From the NCBI RefSeq assembly GCF_009914755.1, contig NC_060945.1: 64,000 bases of DNA; one strand, 5' to 3'. Position numbers and translations under genes: made by a program. Below, piece after piece: positions 1 to 12,199 of the stretch. Numbering within the stretch: the first letter of the stretch is position 1; each line of letters opens with the position of its first letter. The notes under the pieces were generated by a model. The model saw only the letters and a program-made list of their open reading frames with translations, was not told the DNA's origin and made no database searches. The stretch comes from the human T2T-CHM13v2.0 reference genome, Homo sapiens.

Positions 1-678
1 ATAGGAACACATTTACACTGTTGGTGGGACTGTAAACTAGTTCAACCATTGTGGAAGACTATGTGGCGATTCCTCAAGGATCTACAACTAGAAATTCCAT
101 TTGAGCCAGCCATCCCATTGCTGGGTATATACCCAAAGGATTATAAATCATGCTGCTATAAAGACACATGCACATGTATGTTTATTGTGGCACTATTCAC
201 AATAGCAAAGACTTGGAACCAACCCAAATGTCCATCAATGATAGACTGGATTAAGAAAATGTGGCACATACACCATGGAATACCATGCAGCCATAAAAAA
301 TGATGAGTTCATGTCCTTTGTAGGGACATGGATGAAGCTGGAAACCATCATTCTGAGCAAACTATTGCAAGGACGGAAAACCAAACACCGCATGTTCTCA
401 CTCATCAGTGGGAATTGAACAATGGGAACATCTGGACACAGGGCAGGGAACATCACACACCAGGGCCTGTTGTGGGGTTGGGGGAGGGGGGAGGGATAGC
501 ATTAAGAGAAATACCTAATGTAAATGACGAGTTAATGGTTGCAGCTCACCAACATGGCACATGTATACATATGTAACAAACCTGCACATGTACCCTAGAA
601 CTTAAAGTATAATAATGGAAAAATAAACAAAGAAACAAAGACAGATAAAACAAACAAAATCCTGTAAAAAAAAAAAAA
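1..678 (+). mobile_element. L1PA-type LINE-1 3' end (ORF2 C-terminal remnant, 3'UTR, A-rich tail), cut by the window start
   Basis: ORF 49-303 gives the L1 ORF2 C-terminal text ([36 protein letters not shown]). It is followed by the G-rich L1 3'UTR, CTTAAAGTATAAT at about 601-613 and an A-rich tail. Confidence 0.95.
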
Positions 679-730
679 GTACATAGCTTGAGTGAGTATC
701 CATACTTGAACCAGGCTGTATGTAGTAGAC

Positions 731-984
731 CAAGGGTGTATTACCCTGTAGCCCATGATGGCTTTGAATGTGGCCTTGACGGCTTTGAATGTGGCCCCAC
801 ACAAATTCATAAACTTTCTTAAAATATTATGAGATTTGTTTGTGATTTTTTGTGTTTTTGTTTGTTTGTTTGTTTGTTTTTAGCTCATAAATTATACTTC
901 GTGTTAATGTATTTTATATGTGGTCCAAGAAAATTCTTCTTCTTCCAGTGTGGCCCAGGAAGGCCAAAAGATTAGACACCCCTA
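731..984 (-). mobile_element. MER30-like hAT DNA transposon with 8-bp TSD
   Basis: Reverse complement resembles MER30 (GGGGTGTCTAATCTTTTGGCC...TGGAAGAAGAAGAATT). Flanks TAGTAGAC (723-730) and GAGTAGAC (985-992) match 7/8. Contains an internal ~21-bp tandem duplication GGCTTTGAATGTGGCC. Confidence 0.8.
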
Positions 985-1135
985 GAGTAGACTGAAGAAA
1001 CTTCATTCACTTTACAAATATTTATTGAGAGTCTACTACGTTGAAAGTATTATGCTAGCTGCAGAGGGAGGATATGTGGTGCTTACTTCAATATTAGGTC
1101 ATTTTTTAAAATATTTGAATATTAAGAAAGTTGTT

Positions 1136-1341
1136 AGCCTGGACAATCTAGCAAAACCCCCATGTCTACAAAACATATAAATACTAGCTGAGCATGGTGG
1201 TGCAGGACTGTGATTCCAGCGACTCGGGAGGCTGAGGCAGGAGAGTCACATAAGCTCAGGCATGCTGACGCTGCAGTGAGTGGTGATTGTGCCTGCACTC
1301 AAGCCTGGGTAACAGAATGAGACCCTGAAAAAAAAAAAAAA
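1136..1341 (+). mobile_element. Old 5'-truncated Alu (AluJ-like) followed by a (GGAA)n tract
   Basis: Alu right-arm motifs (CTCGGGAGGCTGAGGCAGGAG, GCTGCAGTGAG), poly-A, then GGAA repeats to about 1386. Confidence 0.85.
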
Positions 1342-1995
1342 GGAAGGAAGGAAGGAGAAAGAAGGAACGAACGGAAAAGAAAGAAAGTTTTTTTACAATT
1401 GTAGGTGTTGACATGTGTGTGGACGCCTAGAGAGATTTCTTTGATGAACTTCCTGCATAGTCAGAGACAGGAATGACGATTTCTAAACTTACAGACGCTC
1501 TTACAGACATGGTTTCCCTGATCTCCATAAACTTTAGCTGGCAATTCAGGTGGAAACAGAAATAATATCTACAGTCCTGTTGCTTATAAAGGCAGTATAT
1601 TAAGAACAGAAGTATTGGAAATTAACATATTTCATGTCAGTTTCATTTTTCATCTAACTCTGTGTCTTCTTCAAGGTAATTGACCTTCCTTATGCCTTAG
1701 GCTCTACATATGAGGCTAAATAAGAGTCATTCTCTCACAGTTGTTACAAATATTAAATAAATTAGTGTACAAAAAGCTGTAAGCACAGCAACTGACATGA
1801 AAATAAACCAATGATAAATATAGAAAAATAAAATATTTTAGTTGGAAAAACAGACAAGGAAAATTGTTATGTTCTATAATTTAAGCATTTATAGAGTGTA
1901 ATGCAATAACATCTCATCAAATCTGAATATTGTATATGCTTAAAAGTTTTTAAAATCACTATCAGTAATGGACACTAGTAGTAAGAGGTAAAACA

Positions 1996-2310
1996 GCCAG
2001 TTGTGGTTGCTCATGCCTGTAATCCCAGCACTTTGGAAGGCTGAGGTGGTTTGAGATGGGAAGATCACTTGAACATAGGAGTTTGAGACCAGCCTGAGCA
2101 ACATAAGGAGACCTCATCTCTATAAAAAATTAAAAATTAGCTGGGCTGGTGGCATGGTGCCTGTGGTCCCAGCTACTCAGGAGGCTGAGATGGGAGGTAG
2201 CTTGAGTCCACCCAGGAGGTTAGGGTTAGGGTTAGGGTTATGTGATTGCACCACATCAACTCCAGCCTGGGTGACAGAGCAAGACTCTGTTTCCAAGGTA
2301 AAGGCAAAAT
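1996..2310 (+). mobile_element. AluJ-like element with an internal telomeric-repeat insertion
   Basis: Dimeric Alu. GGTTAGGGTTAGGGTTAGGGTTA at 2218-2240 interrupts the right arm. Confidence 0.9.
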
Positions 2311-3393
2311 TCAAGAATAAAGATAACAGTACCTTGCATGTATGTTAAGCAAGCCTATTTTTAACTAACCTAAGTACAGAATACTTAACTATTATTCTCC
2401 TATTTCTTTTCTAATTTGGAATTTATCTGTATACAGTAGAGAGTTCTGAGACACACATTAAAGCCCTTAGAAGTTATTAACATTCCAGTACATGCAATGG
2501 GTTTCTTTTGTAATAATTCTGCAAGAGTTTACCAGTTTCTGTTATAGAATATCTCTGGTCTCTGCCTCTCAGCCTATACTGTAAGTGTCTTACAATAAAT
2601 TTGAATGCTACTCTTAATTATGAGCTATTCAAAGGAGAGAACCTATACTAAAAATAGAGAAAGAGAGAAATAAAGGATGAAAAAGAGGGTACACTAATGA
2701 TAACACTACACATGGTAAAACTGTATTTTAACATGTATTTGGATTTACTCTTTTTAAATTCATGAACATGTTTATCGATAAGTTTTAGGAATATAAGAAA
2801 ATAATGAATTATTTTTGATATAGGACTGAAAATCTATTGCTACATATTATATAAATGAATGTTTTGAACCTTCTCATAACTGTAAGACCTATTTGAAAAT
2901 ACTAATAACAAAATCTTTCTCCATTAGCTTTCAATTGGAAAGTTTGATCATTTTTAATTGAGGTAACATTAGTTATAATATGCATTGCATTTGAATTGTC
3001 CAATAGGTCACTTGAAATAGAACCAATGACAGTTAACAAAAGCTAAATGATTAAATATTTTCTTCATTTTTTATATTGTCAGTTTTTACCCTACTATAGG
3101 ATTTACAATTTAAAAAAAAACCACAAAAACAAGAAAATTCCTTTCACAAATTCTGAGAGTATAGTATGAAGAGTTTATGTTTCTTGGTTAGGAAATTTTG
3201 TAAACTAATATCTGGTATGTAGTTAATCAGTGAAGACAGTGATTCCCTATATTTCAGACCAATTTCTTGATGGTTCTGTTTCTAAACATAGACCCTTTCT
3301 AGACACAATTTCTCTTCAGTAAATGAAAGGATTTGCACTCCTTTTTCTATGAGCCTTTTATTTGTAGGGATTATCACAGCATCCACCTCTGCC

Positions 3394-3691
3394 AATTTTT
3401 TTTCTTTTTGAGAAAGGGTCTTGCTCTGTTGCCCAGGCTGGAGTGCAGTGGCACGAACACGGCCCACTGTAGCCTTCAATCTCCTGGTCTCAAGCAATCT
3501 TCCTGCCTCAGCCTCCTGAATAGCTGGTACTACATGCACGTGCCACCATGCCCAGGTAATTTTTGAATTTTTTGTAGAGATGGGGTTTTGCCACATTGCC
3601 CAGACTGGGCTAGAACTCCTGAACTCAAGTGATTTACGCACCTCGGCCCTGCAAAGTGCTGGAACTACAGGTGTGAGCCCATGCACCTGGA
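3394..3691 (-). mobile_element. AluJ-like element
   Basis: Poly-T, then reverse-complement Alu (GTTGCCCAGGCTGGAGTGCAGTGGC ... CAAAGTGCTGGAACTACAGG). Confidence 0.9.
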
Positions 3692-5544
3692 CAGATACTG
3701 CTCTTTATTCATATAATATGCAAAGAAAATTACCCACCAAAATAAATGTGAATTATGAGGAAAGGAGTTATTTTAAGACATAATTACAAATGGAAAAATA
3801 TCACTTCCATGTTAAAAGGAAACAATCCAACTGAATGTATGAAAAACATGCCTGTGCCTCTATATTCACATCTCTTTAAATTCATGCAGAATGAAACCAT
3901 CTGTCTAATGAAAATAAGAATTCATTCACAACAAAACTTAGCATTTCCAATGTGACCATTTTCTGTGATATGTTTTGTTCAAAGATGTATATTTTTTCAA
4001 AATTTTTTTTATTTTATGAATAAGGAAGTCAAGATTAACAATATTCCAAGTGTATTATAATAGTTACTGCTCTTAAGCCAAATGATGATGATGGAGTAAA
4101 GTATCATTTTGACAATAGTTTAATGTTGTAAATATGACTCTAACTCACTATAAAATACAGGCTTTATTAAATACTCTCTCTTTAGATTTTAAATACTTTG
4201 AGGTATATCATTCTCCATATTAACTTTTATGATCTTCCCTAAACCTACTATTGTTAACTATTTGTTGTACTTAATCAAGTAAATATCATATAAAATTAAT
4301 CTTAAATGGAAGCACAAGCCATGCTTTTAAAAACTTTTCTGTATTATTTGGAAAATGTTACTTTGAGTTTTTCTTATATTAGGGAAAAAGAAATCATGAT
4401 ACGTTATCTAGCTACATTTTAAACTAAAGATGCTTGTCTATCCATTATTATGCATATGTGTCAGAAAGAATTAATATTCAAAATCATTTATTCTCAGTTT
4501 CCAAAGATAAGAAATCATTTATTTTTGTTTCCTTCAGAAAAACTTGGATGGTAACTTCCAAAGAGTTTCAAAATATTGACCATTGTTCAATGTCTCATCA
4601 ATTCAAAAGGTCATAACAAATGAAATAAACCAATCTCTTTCTCTGAAAATGGGTGCCTAACATATAAAGACTGATAGACAATAAATCAATCCTTAAAAAA
4701 AATCTGGACTCAGCTATTGTTTATCTCAGAAAGAGACTAAAAATTGTATTTACCTGAGAAAAGAAATGTACAAGTATTGGAGAAATTTTCTGACATTGGT
4801 ACTTTGTAAATAGTTGTTTTACGTTATTAATAAATCTAGAGTTCTACAATAGAATTTGAACTTTATCCCATGTTATACTTTTTTTTTAAAAGTAGCACTT
4901 ATTGCCAAGACAAAGAACAGAGTAACATTCCACATATTACCAATTTGTCAAGTCTACCAGTATATGGTGTTTTGATGCTTCTCAAAACACAGCCCGATTT
5001 TTTGTGTAGTAATAACATTAGTTCGAGAGAATAGCAAATATACATCTTTACAACGAGCTATCATGATTTAACATTCAAAAATGAGAAAAGTCTTATATTT
5101 AACCATAACATTTCCATTTTACAACCTTCTTATAACTCTATTTTGAAGAGCTAATTACTTAAGAGATAAAATTCATTCAGTAGACTGTTCAATAGACGTT
5201 GACAATCTCATAGTCATTAAAAACATGCAAGAAGATTTTATAATAACAAACACTCAGAGACCACTAAATTGATTTTCTTGAAGTTGAACTGAACTCAAAC
5301 TTCACTTACAGATGTAAATGTTCCAATATGCACCATAAGACAAAATTACAGAGACAATAATTGCTAGGTGTGATTTAAAATCTAACTTTGCAATTTAATT
5401 TTTCCGTATTTGCCATGAGGCATTAAACCCTATGTTTGACTTATGACTGACAGATGAGAACATTGTATGTGTTCAAACACACATATGTGTTTATTTTCTA
5501 TTAAATAGTTTGATTTTATTTAACTATGTATGAAATCACCTTAC

Positions 5545-5601
5545 CTTTGGTTTTTGATGTTTCTCCTTCTCTGAAACATTGGATGGCTTTCTCTTGAGCA
5601 T
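5545..5601 (-). CDS. SAMSN1: SAMSN1 canonical first coding exon (19 codons, MLKRKPSNVSEKEKHQKPK), phase 0 donor
   Basis: Minus strand reads ttcaaaATG CTC AAG AGA AAG CCA TCC AAT GTT TCA GAG AAG GAG AAA CAT CAA AAA CCA AAG|gtaagg. The peptide matches the SAMSN1/HACS1 N-terminus as I recall it. 57 nt, consensus donor. Confidence 0.95.
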
Positions 5602-5780
5602 TTTGAATTCTGACTACTCCTAGTGAGTGCACTTTCTGCTGTTACAGAAACAACTGAAAACAGTCAGCAGTGTGCTGTCTAATGCACAGCATCAGATAAG
5701 GTTGAGCCCAGGGACCTGCCACTTCCTCCTTCGGTCAGGATATGACTTCAACATTTACATGGGTAATTTTTTTTTCTTAC
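5602..5780 (-). promoter_or_regulatory. SAMSN1: SAMSN1 proximal promoter and 5'UTR with haematopoietic motifs
   Basis: Directly upstream of the ATG. PU.1/ETS site GAGGAAGTG (minus, 5720-5728), GATA site AGATAA (5694-5699), half-MARE TGCTGACT (minus, about 5662-5669). No CpG island. The exact TSS cannot be read from sequence. Confidence 0.65.
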
Positions 5781-5988
5781 AGTAATTCTTTGGTAACTCT
5801 TTATTGTCTTGCTATTTTCTATGAGGTATGTTCCAAATCTCATATTTAGACATGCCTGCAGTTATGAGAGCCATAAGGATTTCAAAACAAAACTCATTTT
5901 CTTGGTTTATATAAAAGTAAAAATTTACAATGCATTCCATGGGTAGAAAAAAGAAAAAATCAGAGCCAATAACTGAAATAAAACTTGA

Positions 5989-6330
<342 letters not shown>

Positions 6331-9300
6331 GTATATTTCTAAATAAACACAGTTAGAAGATAAAATAAATAAACAATGTTAGAAGATAAAATAAGTTAGA
6401 ACTTAAACAATACTAATCCTACTTAAAGCATGTATGCATATATTTTAAAATATGGATTAGACCCATTCTAAATATAAATGGGAACATGACTAAAAGTAAA
6501 TGTTTATCATATGTTACTTTTCTAATGTATTAAGATGTTGTAAAGTTCTGGTTAACAAAGAGATCAATTAAACAGAACCCCCAATTAACCATATGTCTTT
6601 GTGCTACAAACGATGCCATATACTGATAATTGCTGCCCTGGTGATGAGCCAATGGATCAACGGTTTCTTCAAATAAAACACCCAGAACCTCTATTTAATA
6701 GTCCTGGTAGAGCTAATATGACTTATTAAGAGTTTCCCCATGGTTTAAAAATGTTTATGATAATGAAAAAAGCAAAATACCCAGAAGTAAAAGCAAAAAG
6801 TTCAAGCTTTATTGTTAAATGGGGATTTACCAAAGGGAGATTTGCAAAATATATGAAACTCTGGTTCCATTTGAGCAACCCAGATTAAGAAAATAAACCT
6901 AGATTTCTGTTTATAAATCCTCTGAATTGAAAAGTGTAGTGCCATATTCTTAATCAGCAGCTTTTCCACGTGACAAATCTACTGACTCTATTTCTCAAAC
7001 TTCCCTCACACTTCTAAGCTCCACCCCAAGGCCCAAATTTTACTAATTCATTTAACAAATGAGATTCAAATTTCACTAATTTATTTAATAAATATTAAAT
7101 TGATTGTCTATTATGTGCAATTTGACAATATTTCAAACCTCTTGACTAGCTAAAAACAACCTGTTTTTGTTCTATAACAGAATTGAAAGAATATACTTTT
7201 CAAGATTATGGTTAATATGCCTATTATTTTATTACCAGATAATAAAAGCAGACTTTGATTTTTGAGAATTATTGAGTTAGTGTTTTCAAAATACTGACAC
7301 AGACAGAGAACACTGGAAAACCTGAGAATGTTGAGGTGGGGTAATTCCCCAGAAATACATCTTTTAGACTTTCAGTTTGGGCTTGGGTTAAGAAAGTTGG
7401 CTAGGCAGATCTTTTGCTTCATCTCTTAAGAAATTGAAAGTCATAAAAATACGTTTTTAAGTGAACCATTTGCACCCTCGACGCCCTCTTTTCTTCATCT
7501 ATGAATAAAAATTTAATTATGGAGTTCAATCAGTAATAAAATGGCAATGATAATGCTTGCACTTAGTACATGGTAGAGTTTTGTTGATAGTAAAATGAAA
7601 TACCAATAAAGGACATACTTATTAGATGATTCATCATTTCAGTAATGTTTTATGTCAAAAAATGTTTGTGAACTCTAAAAAGGCATGAAGTTTCAGTTTG
7701 AGGTGGTGCTTGCTATAGGTTACATTTCTCCAATGTTTCTATAATACAGTGCTAAAGAATAGAGAACACTCACATTTATGAGACCCATATCTGGACTAGA
7801 TGCAGTTTTTAAAAGCGTTATACTGAAGCAAACAAAAAATATATATCCATTTATGGATCTCTAGGCACTTCACCATCTTTAACATTACAAGAAATGTTTA
7901 AAATGTAAACAAAATAAATATTTTCCTTCAAGTACGGGTGGAAAAGGAATTTTCCAATCTTTCTTTCACTCAAGAAAAATGTTTTCTGGGGCTTAAAAGA
8001 CAGATGTGACATTTGAGGTCCCATTCATTATCTAACTATGTTAAACTTCTTGATCCCCAAAAAGATCAAGTGACAAGGTTACAAATGTTTTTATCAATTA
8101 TCTACTATTTTATGGTATTTGGAGGACACCGAGATATTTAGTGAGTGACACAGAGTGACCCAGCAAGCTCAAAAGTCACAGATGGACAGAACAAGAATGA
8201 AGCAGAGAGTCAGTACAGAGCACACCTCACTACTGACCATGATTAAACCACTAGCAACCCTGTTGCTTAACATGTATTCTGAAATAGGGAAATTGCAAAA
8301 GCACAGTCTTGGTGCTTTACAATACCTTAATGGTCTTACATCCCAGACAGAATGGAACTTTGTGTACTATCTCTGTGTCATGAATCATGAGTAAAAATTT
8401 TGAAGAAATTGCAGTCAAATGACAAAGATTGAGGTGTATTTTTCGGGAAAGTAAGGTGAGCCATAAAAGGATTGCTTCAGCAATCCAACAAATATTTATT
8501 TAGTGTATTGCTAAAACACAAATCATAAAATTCGAAGCATAGATAGAAGGAAATTAGAGATCATGGGACATTCAAAGTGATGTCCTCGATTCTGAGACAT
8601 TGAGGATCTCCATCTACATCTCTCTGCCTTCTGCCATCAGGTTGAAGGATACAATTAGATAGTAGTTTGGATTAATCCTACTCTACATTTTATTTTAGGA
8701 CATGTACACTGGTTCAATGGATGAAGGGTTTTAAAATCAAATCTTTTAGAATGAAAGTAGATTCTCTGCATTGCTCTAATAGTTAAAACTTCTCTAACAT
8801 GAAGAGTTGGTTGGGCACAATCTTATGCATGCCTCTGTGTATTGCTGGGTCAACCATGACCAAGGGATATTTTATTAACTCTAACCAAAAATACTCCTGA
8901 CTATACCTCAAGTGTTTTGTTACAGGAGGAAAACAGAGAGACCAATTTCAAGAATTTGAAAATAAGCAAAATAAGGTTGTCATCACAGAACCCAACTCTG
9001 AAATTAAGATTTAATGTAAGAATAATCATTTTATAGAAAAAAGAACTGTATTCCATTCAAACCTGCAGAATTTACTCATCTATGATTAAGAAAAGGAGTC
9101 AATCATAAAAGTAACTTAACCTTGATAATTCCTCTCTTCTTTTTGGCCCCCTCAGAGTAGACTTCTTTCTATAGTACAGGGAAGAGAATTTTATTCAAAG
9201 AAGTTGAGTGGGGATATTGTGTTCCTACCTGTTTGGGGTTTCACGGAAGTGGAGATCCTACAATATCAAAAAAAAAAACTCTTTCTTTCTCAGTGTTTCC

Positions 9301-11039
9301 TGAAATAAGTACACATTGCCATCTGATGACGTTCTCTGCAATTCTGTATTTAATAATTCAGATGTTGGTGCCAAGCTATATAGAGGGGCCTTGGTGTTGT
9401 ACCCTCCTCTAGTTATCTAGCTTATTCTTACCATAGGTGGATTAAACATCTCAACACCTCCTTGTTTGGATTTGGGAGTTTAAGAGAAATGACGGGATGG
9501 ATATTCCCCCTGGCCTATGGGAGGAGTTAAGGAAGTGGGGGGACCGTTTCTTCCTTGTGAATCTCCTATATTTCCTAACTCTCTAAAGTCACTTACCCAT
9601 TCTATGTCTGGAGTTCCTGTTTACTAATTCCTTTCTCTAAGGGACCCAGCCCTACCCAGCTCTTGAAATCCCTTCTAATGTGTTACTAATTGAAAAGCTG
9701 TGCAGTGACTTTTCTGCTTCTCCTGGTGACCTGCTCCAGGAAGTGACAAGCTCATGTTTTGGGGAGATTAGGGGAAGATAAAATTCTGATTCTATTAACA
9801 GGAAGTGGCAAGAAGATGGGAGCTACTGAGGTTTGCCATTTCCAACAAGACGTGAAATCAAGCATATCTATCACCAGGATTAATTTCTTCTAAAAACGGA
9901 CCTGAAGTCTACATGATAAATTAATATTCCACCTGTTGACTTCTCCTTATAAGACCCTGCCTGAGTTTCATTGCCTGAGTTCCCATACATTCAACTAACA
10001 AGGATGAGGTGATGCCCAAACAACTTCTAAATAATTAGGAAGGTTAGGGAGAATCTGAATTCATTTTACCTCAAATAGAAAAAAGACAGTAACACAGACA
10101 AATACTGGAAGGTTCCTTTCAAGTTGCTGAGTTAAAGGAAAAGAGAGCTTAGTGAGCTTTGAGTATCTTAATTCTCCAGACAAGATAATCTATTGCATGG
10201 AGATGAACATATCATGCAAATTTTAGCTGGATTTCAGTAAACAAAATATGTGTTTAACTATTTTCCTTTGTTTTTATTTTAAGCTCTATGCATAAATGAT
10301 GATTTGGCTCCTTGGGTAGATATGTCTATAGGAGACAAAGGCAGCATTCATATGGACATCAAGTACCTGGAATCTGAGATTGCTATTTCTCATTACAAAT
10401 TTAAATACTGCCAAAGTGGTTAACTAGAATGTATTGACAGAAAAGGATCTACCCTTGATGTGCTCAAAATACTATGTTTCTGAGTGGTTAGAGTTGCTAG
10501 TCATACTCTGGATATCTTGGGAAGCCTCTTAGAGAGCCTGGCCTGGCAAAATTACTGCTTATTTTAAATTTCCAAAGAGATAATGTAACACATTATCTTG
10601 TTATCTCAGTTATAGAAGAAACAGATCATTGGGATAAATAGAAGGGACCAATGGCCTAAGATGAATGGTGAACCTAAAGAATCATACAGGATAAAACTGC
10701 CTTGAAGAGACAAAGAACTTCATAAATTACAGCTATGCCTTACAAGATGTTTGAATGTAAGAGAAGACTGGGTACCAAGAATGAGTAGTATCAGTTCAAA
10801 GTGACTGGAAAAATTAGGGAGGCTGATAAAGTTTAAGATTCAAAATAAATGCAAATTACTCAGATTACTTCAATAAATTATAAGTATTTCCTTTCTAAGT
10901 GGTTTTAAAGTCATATAAGGGCCATATTGTGGTTGGCATAACAAATAATGATAAAATTTAATCCATTTATGATTAAAAGTTGTAATTTTCATGAAGTAAT
11001 ATTATTCTACAAGTTAATAATATTAATAATAATGACTGT

Positions 11040-11250
11040 CATCTTGAGTGTTTATTACATAACAGAAATTATGCTGTGTGCTTTATAAATATTTTCAATA
11101 TAATCTTCACAAAAATCTTCATGAGCTGGTACTAATATTATCATTCTCAGCTTCCTGGTGGGGTTTGGTAACGTGTCTAGTTTGCACAGCTAGGAAGTGG
11201 TGGAGTCAGGATTCAATCCAAAGCCTCAGCTCATAACCATCACTCTATGT
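11040..11250 (-). mobile_element. MIR SINE remnant
   Basis: MIR-like segments TTAATCTTCACAAAAATC and CACAGCTAGGAAGTGGTGGAGTCAGGATTCAA. Confidence 0.6.
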
Positions 11251-11664
11251 CATAAGTAGGTCTTGGCATACCTAAATACCTGGCATAAAATGGGAATGAT
11301 TAATTTGACTGTTCGGGTCAGGAATGCTAAGGGCTAGGGGGAGGGTAATGTTGAGTTGCTGGCTTCTGGTTGAAAAGAGAGTTGGTTCAATCATTACATG
11401 TGTAAAAAAATTTGAAACCAGTAAATCTGCAACCAATCCAGAACTCTTTTCTATAATTAAGATTCAGTATCATGGGGACAAATCTGCATTTCAGGCCCCT
11501 CTCCAACCCAAGCTACCTTGTTGAGACACTTATTGGCCCTCAATTCTACCCTTGATAATAATCATTGTCTCTAATTTTATGCTTACAAAAATGGGTGTAG
11601 GTAATCAGAGTAGAAGCACAAATGAGACTTATGCACACTTTATGAAATTCCTTTCTATGAAGTT

Positions 11665-12035
11665 CCTTGGTCTGAATGTTTGTGTGGTCCCAAAATTCAT
11701 ATGTTGGAATTCTCACCCGCAAGGTGGAAGGTAATAGTAGGTAGGGCTTTTGGGAGAATTAGGTCATGGGGACAGAGCCTTTATGGATTGCATTAGTGCC
11801 CTTATAAAAGAGGCTAGAGAGACATCCCTTCACTCCCACTTTTCCACCATGTGAAGACATAGCAAGAAGGTGCCATCTATGACCCAGGAAACAGGCCCTC
11901 ACCAGAAGAGAAATCTGCTGGTGTCTTCATCATGGACTTCCCAGCCTCTAAACTGTGAGAAATGAATTTCTGTTGTTTGGAAGCTACCCCAAGTTTATGG
12001 TATTTTATTATAGCAGCCCAAATGGACTAAGTCAC
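11665..12035 (+). mobile_element. MaLR solo LTR (MLT1A-like)
   Basis: TGGTCTGAATGTTTGTGT...AAAATTCATATGTTG start, GGACTTCCCAGCCTC, and end TTATAGCAGCCCAAATGGACTAAG. Confidence 0.8.
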
Positions 12036-12199
12036 CTGTTTTTGATAAGGCATCTGTCCGTAAAGTTACTACCATAAGCACATTCCATTTGCTCGAGTTG
12101 GAGGTTTAGCTCTCCAATTTCTATTTCTAAAGAGCGTTTATTATTCCCTCAATCTTTTGCTCTTAATTTTGTGTTTTTGCTTGCCTCAATATCAAATCC

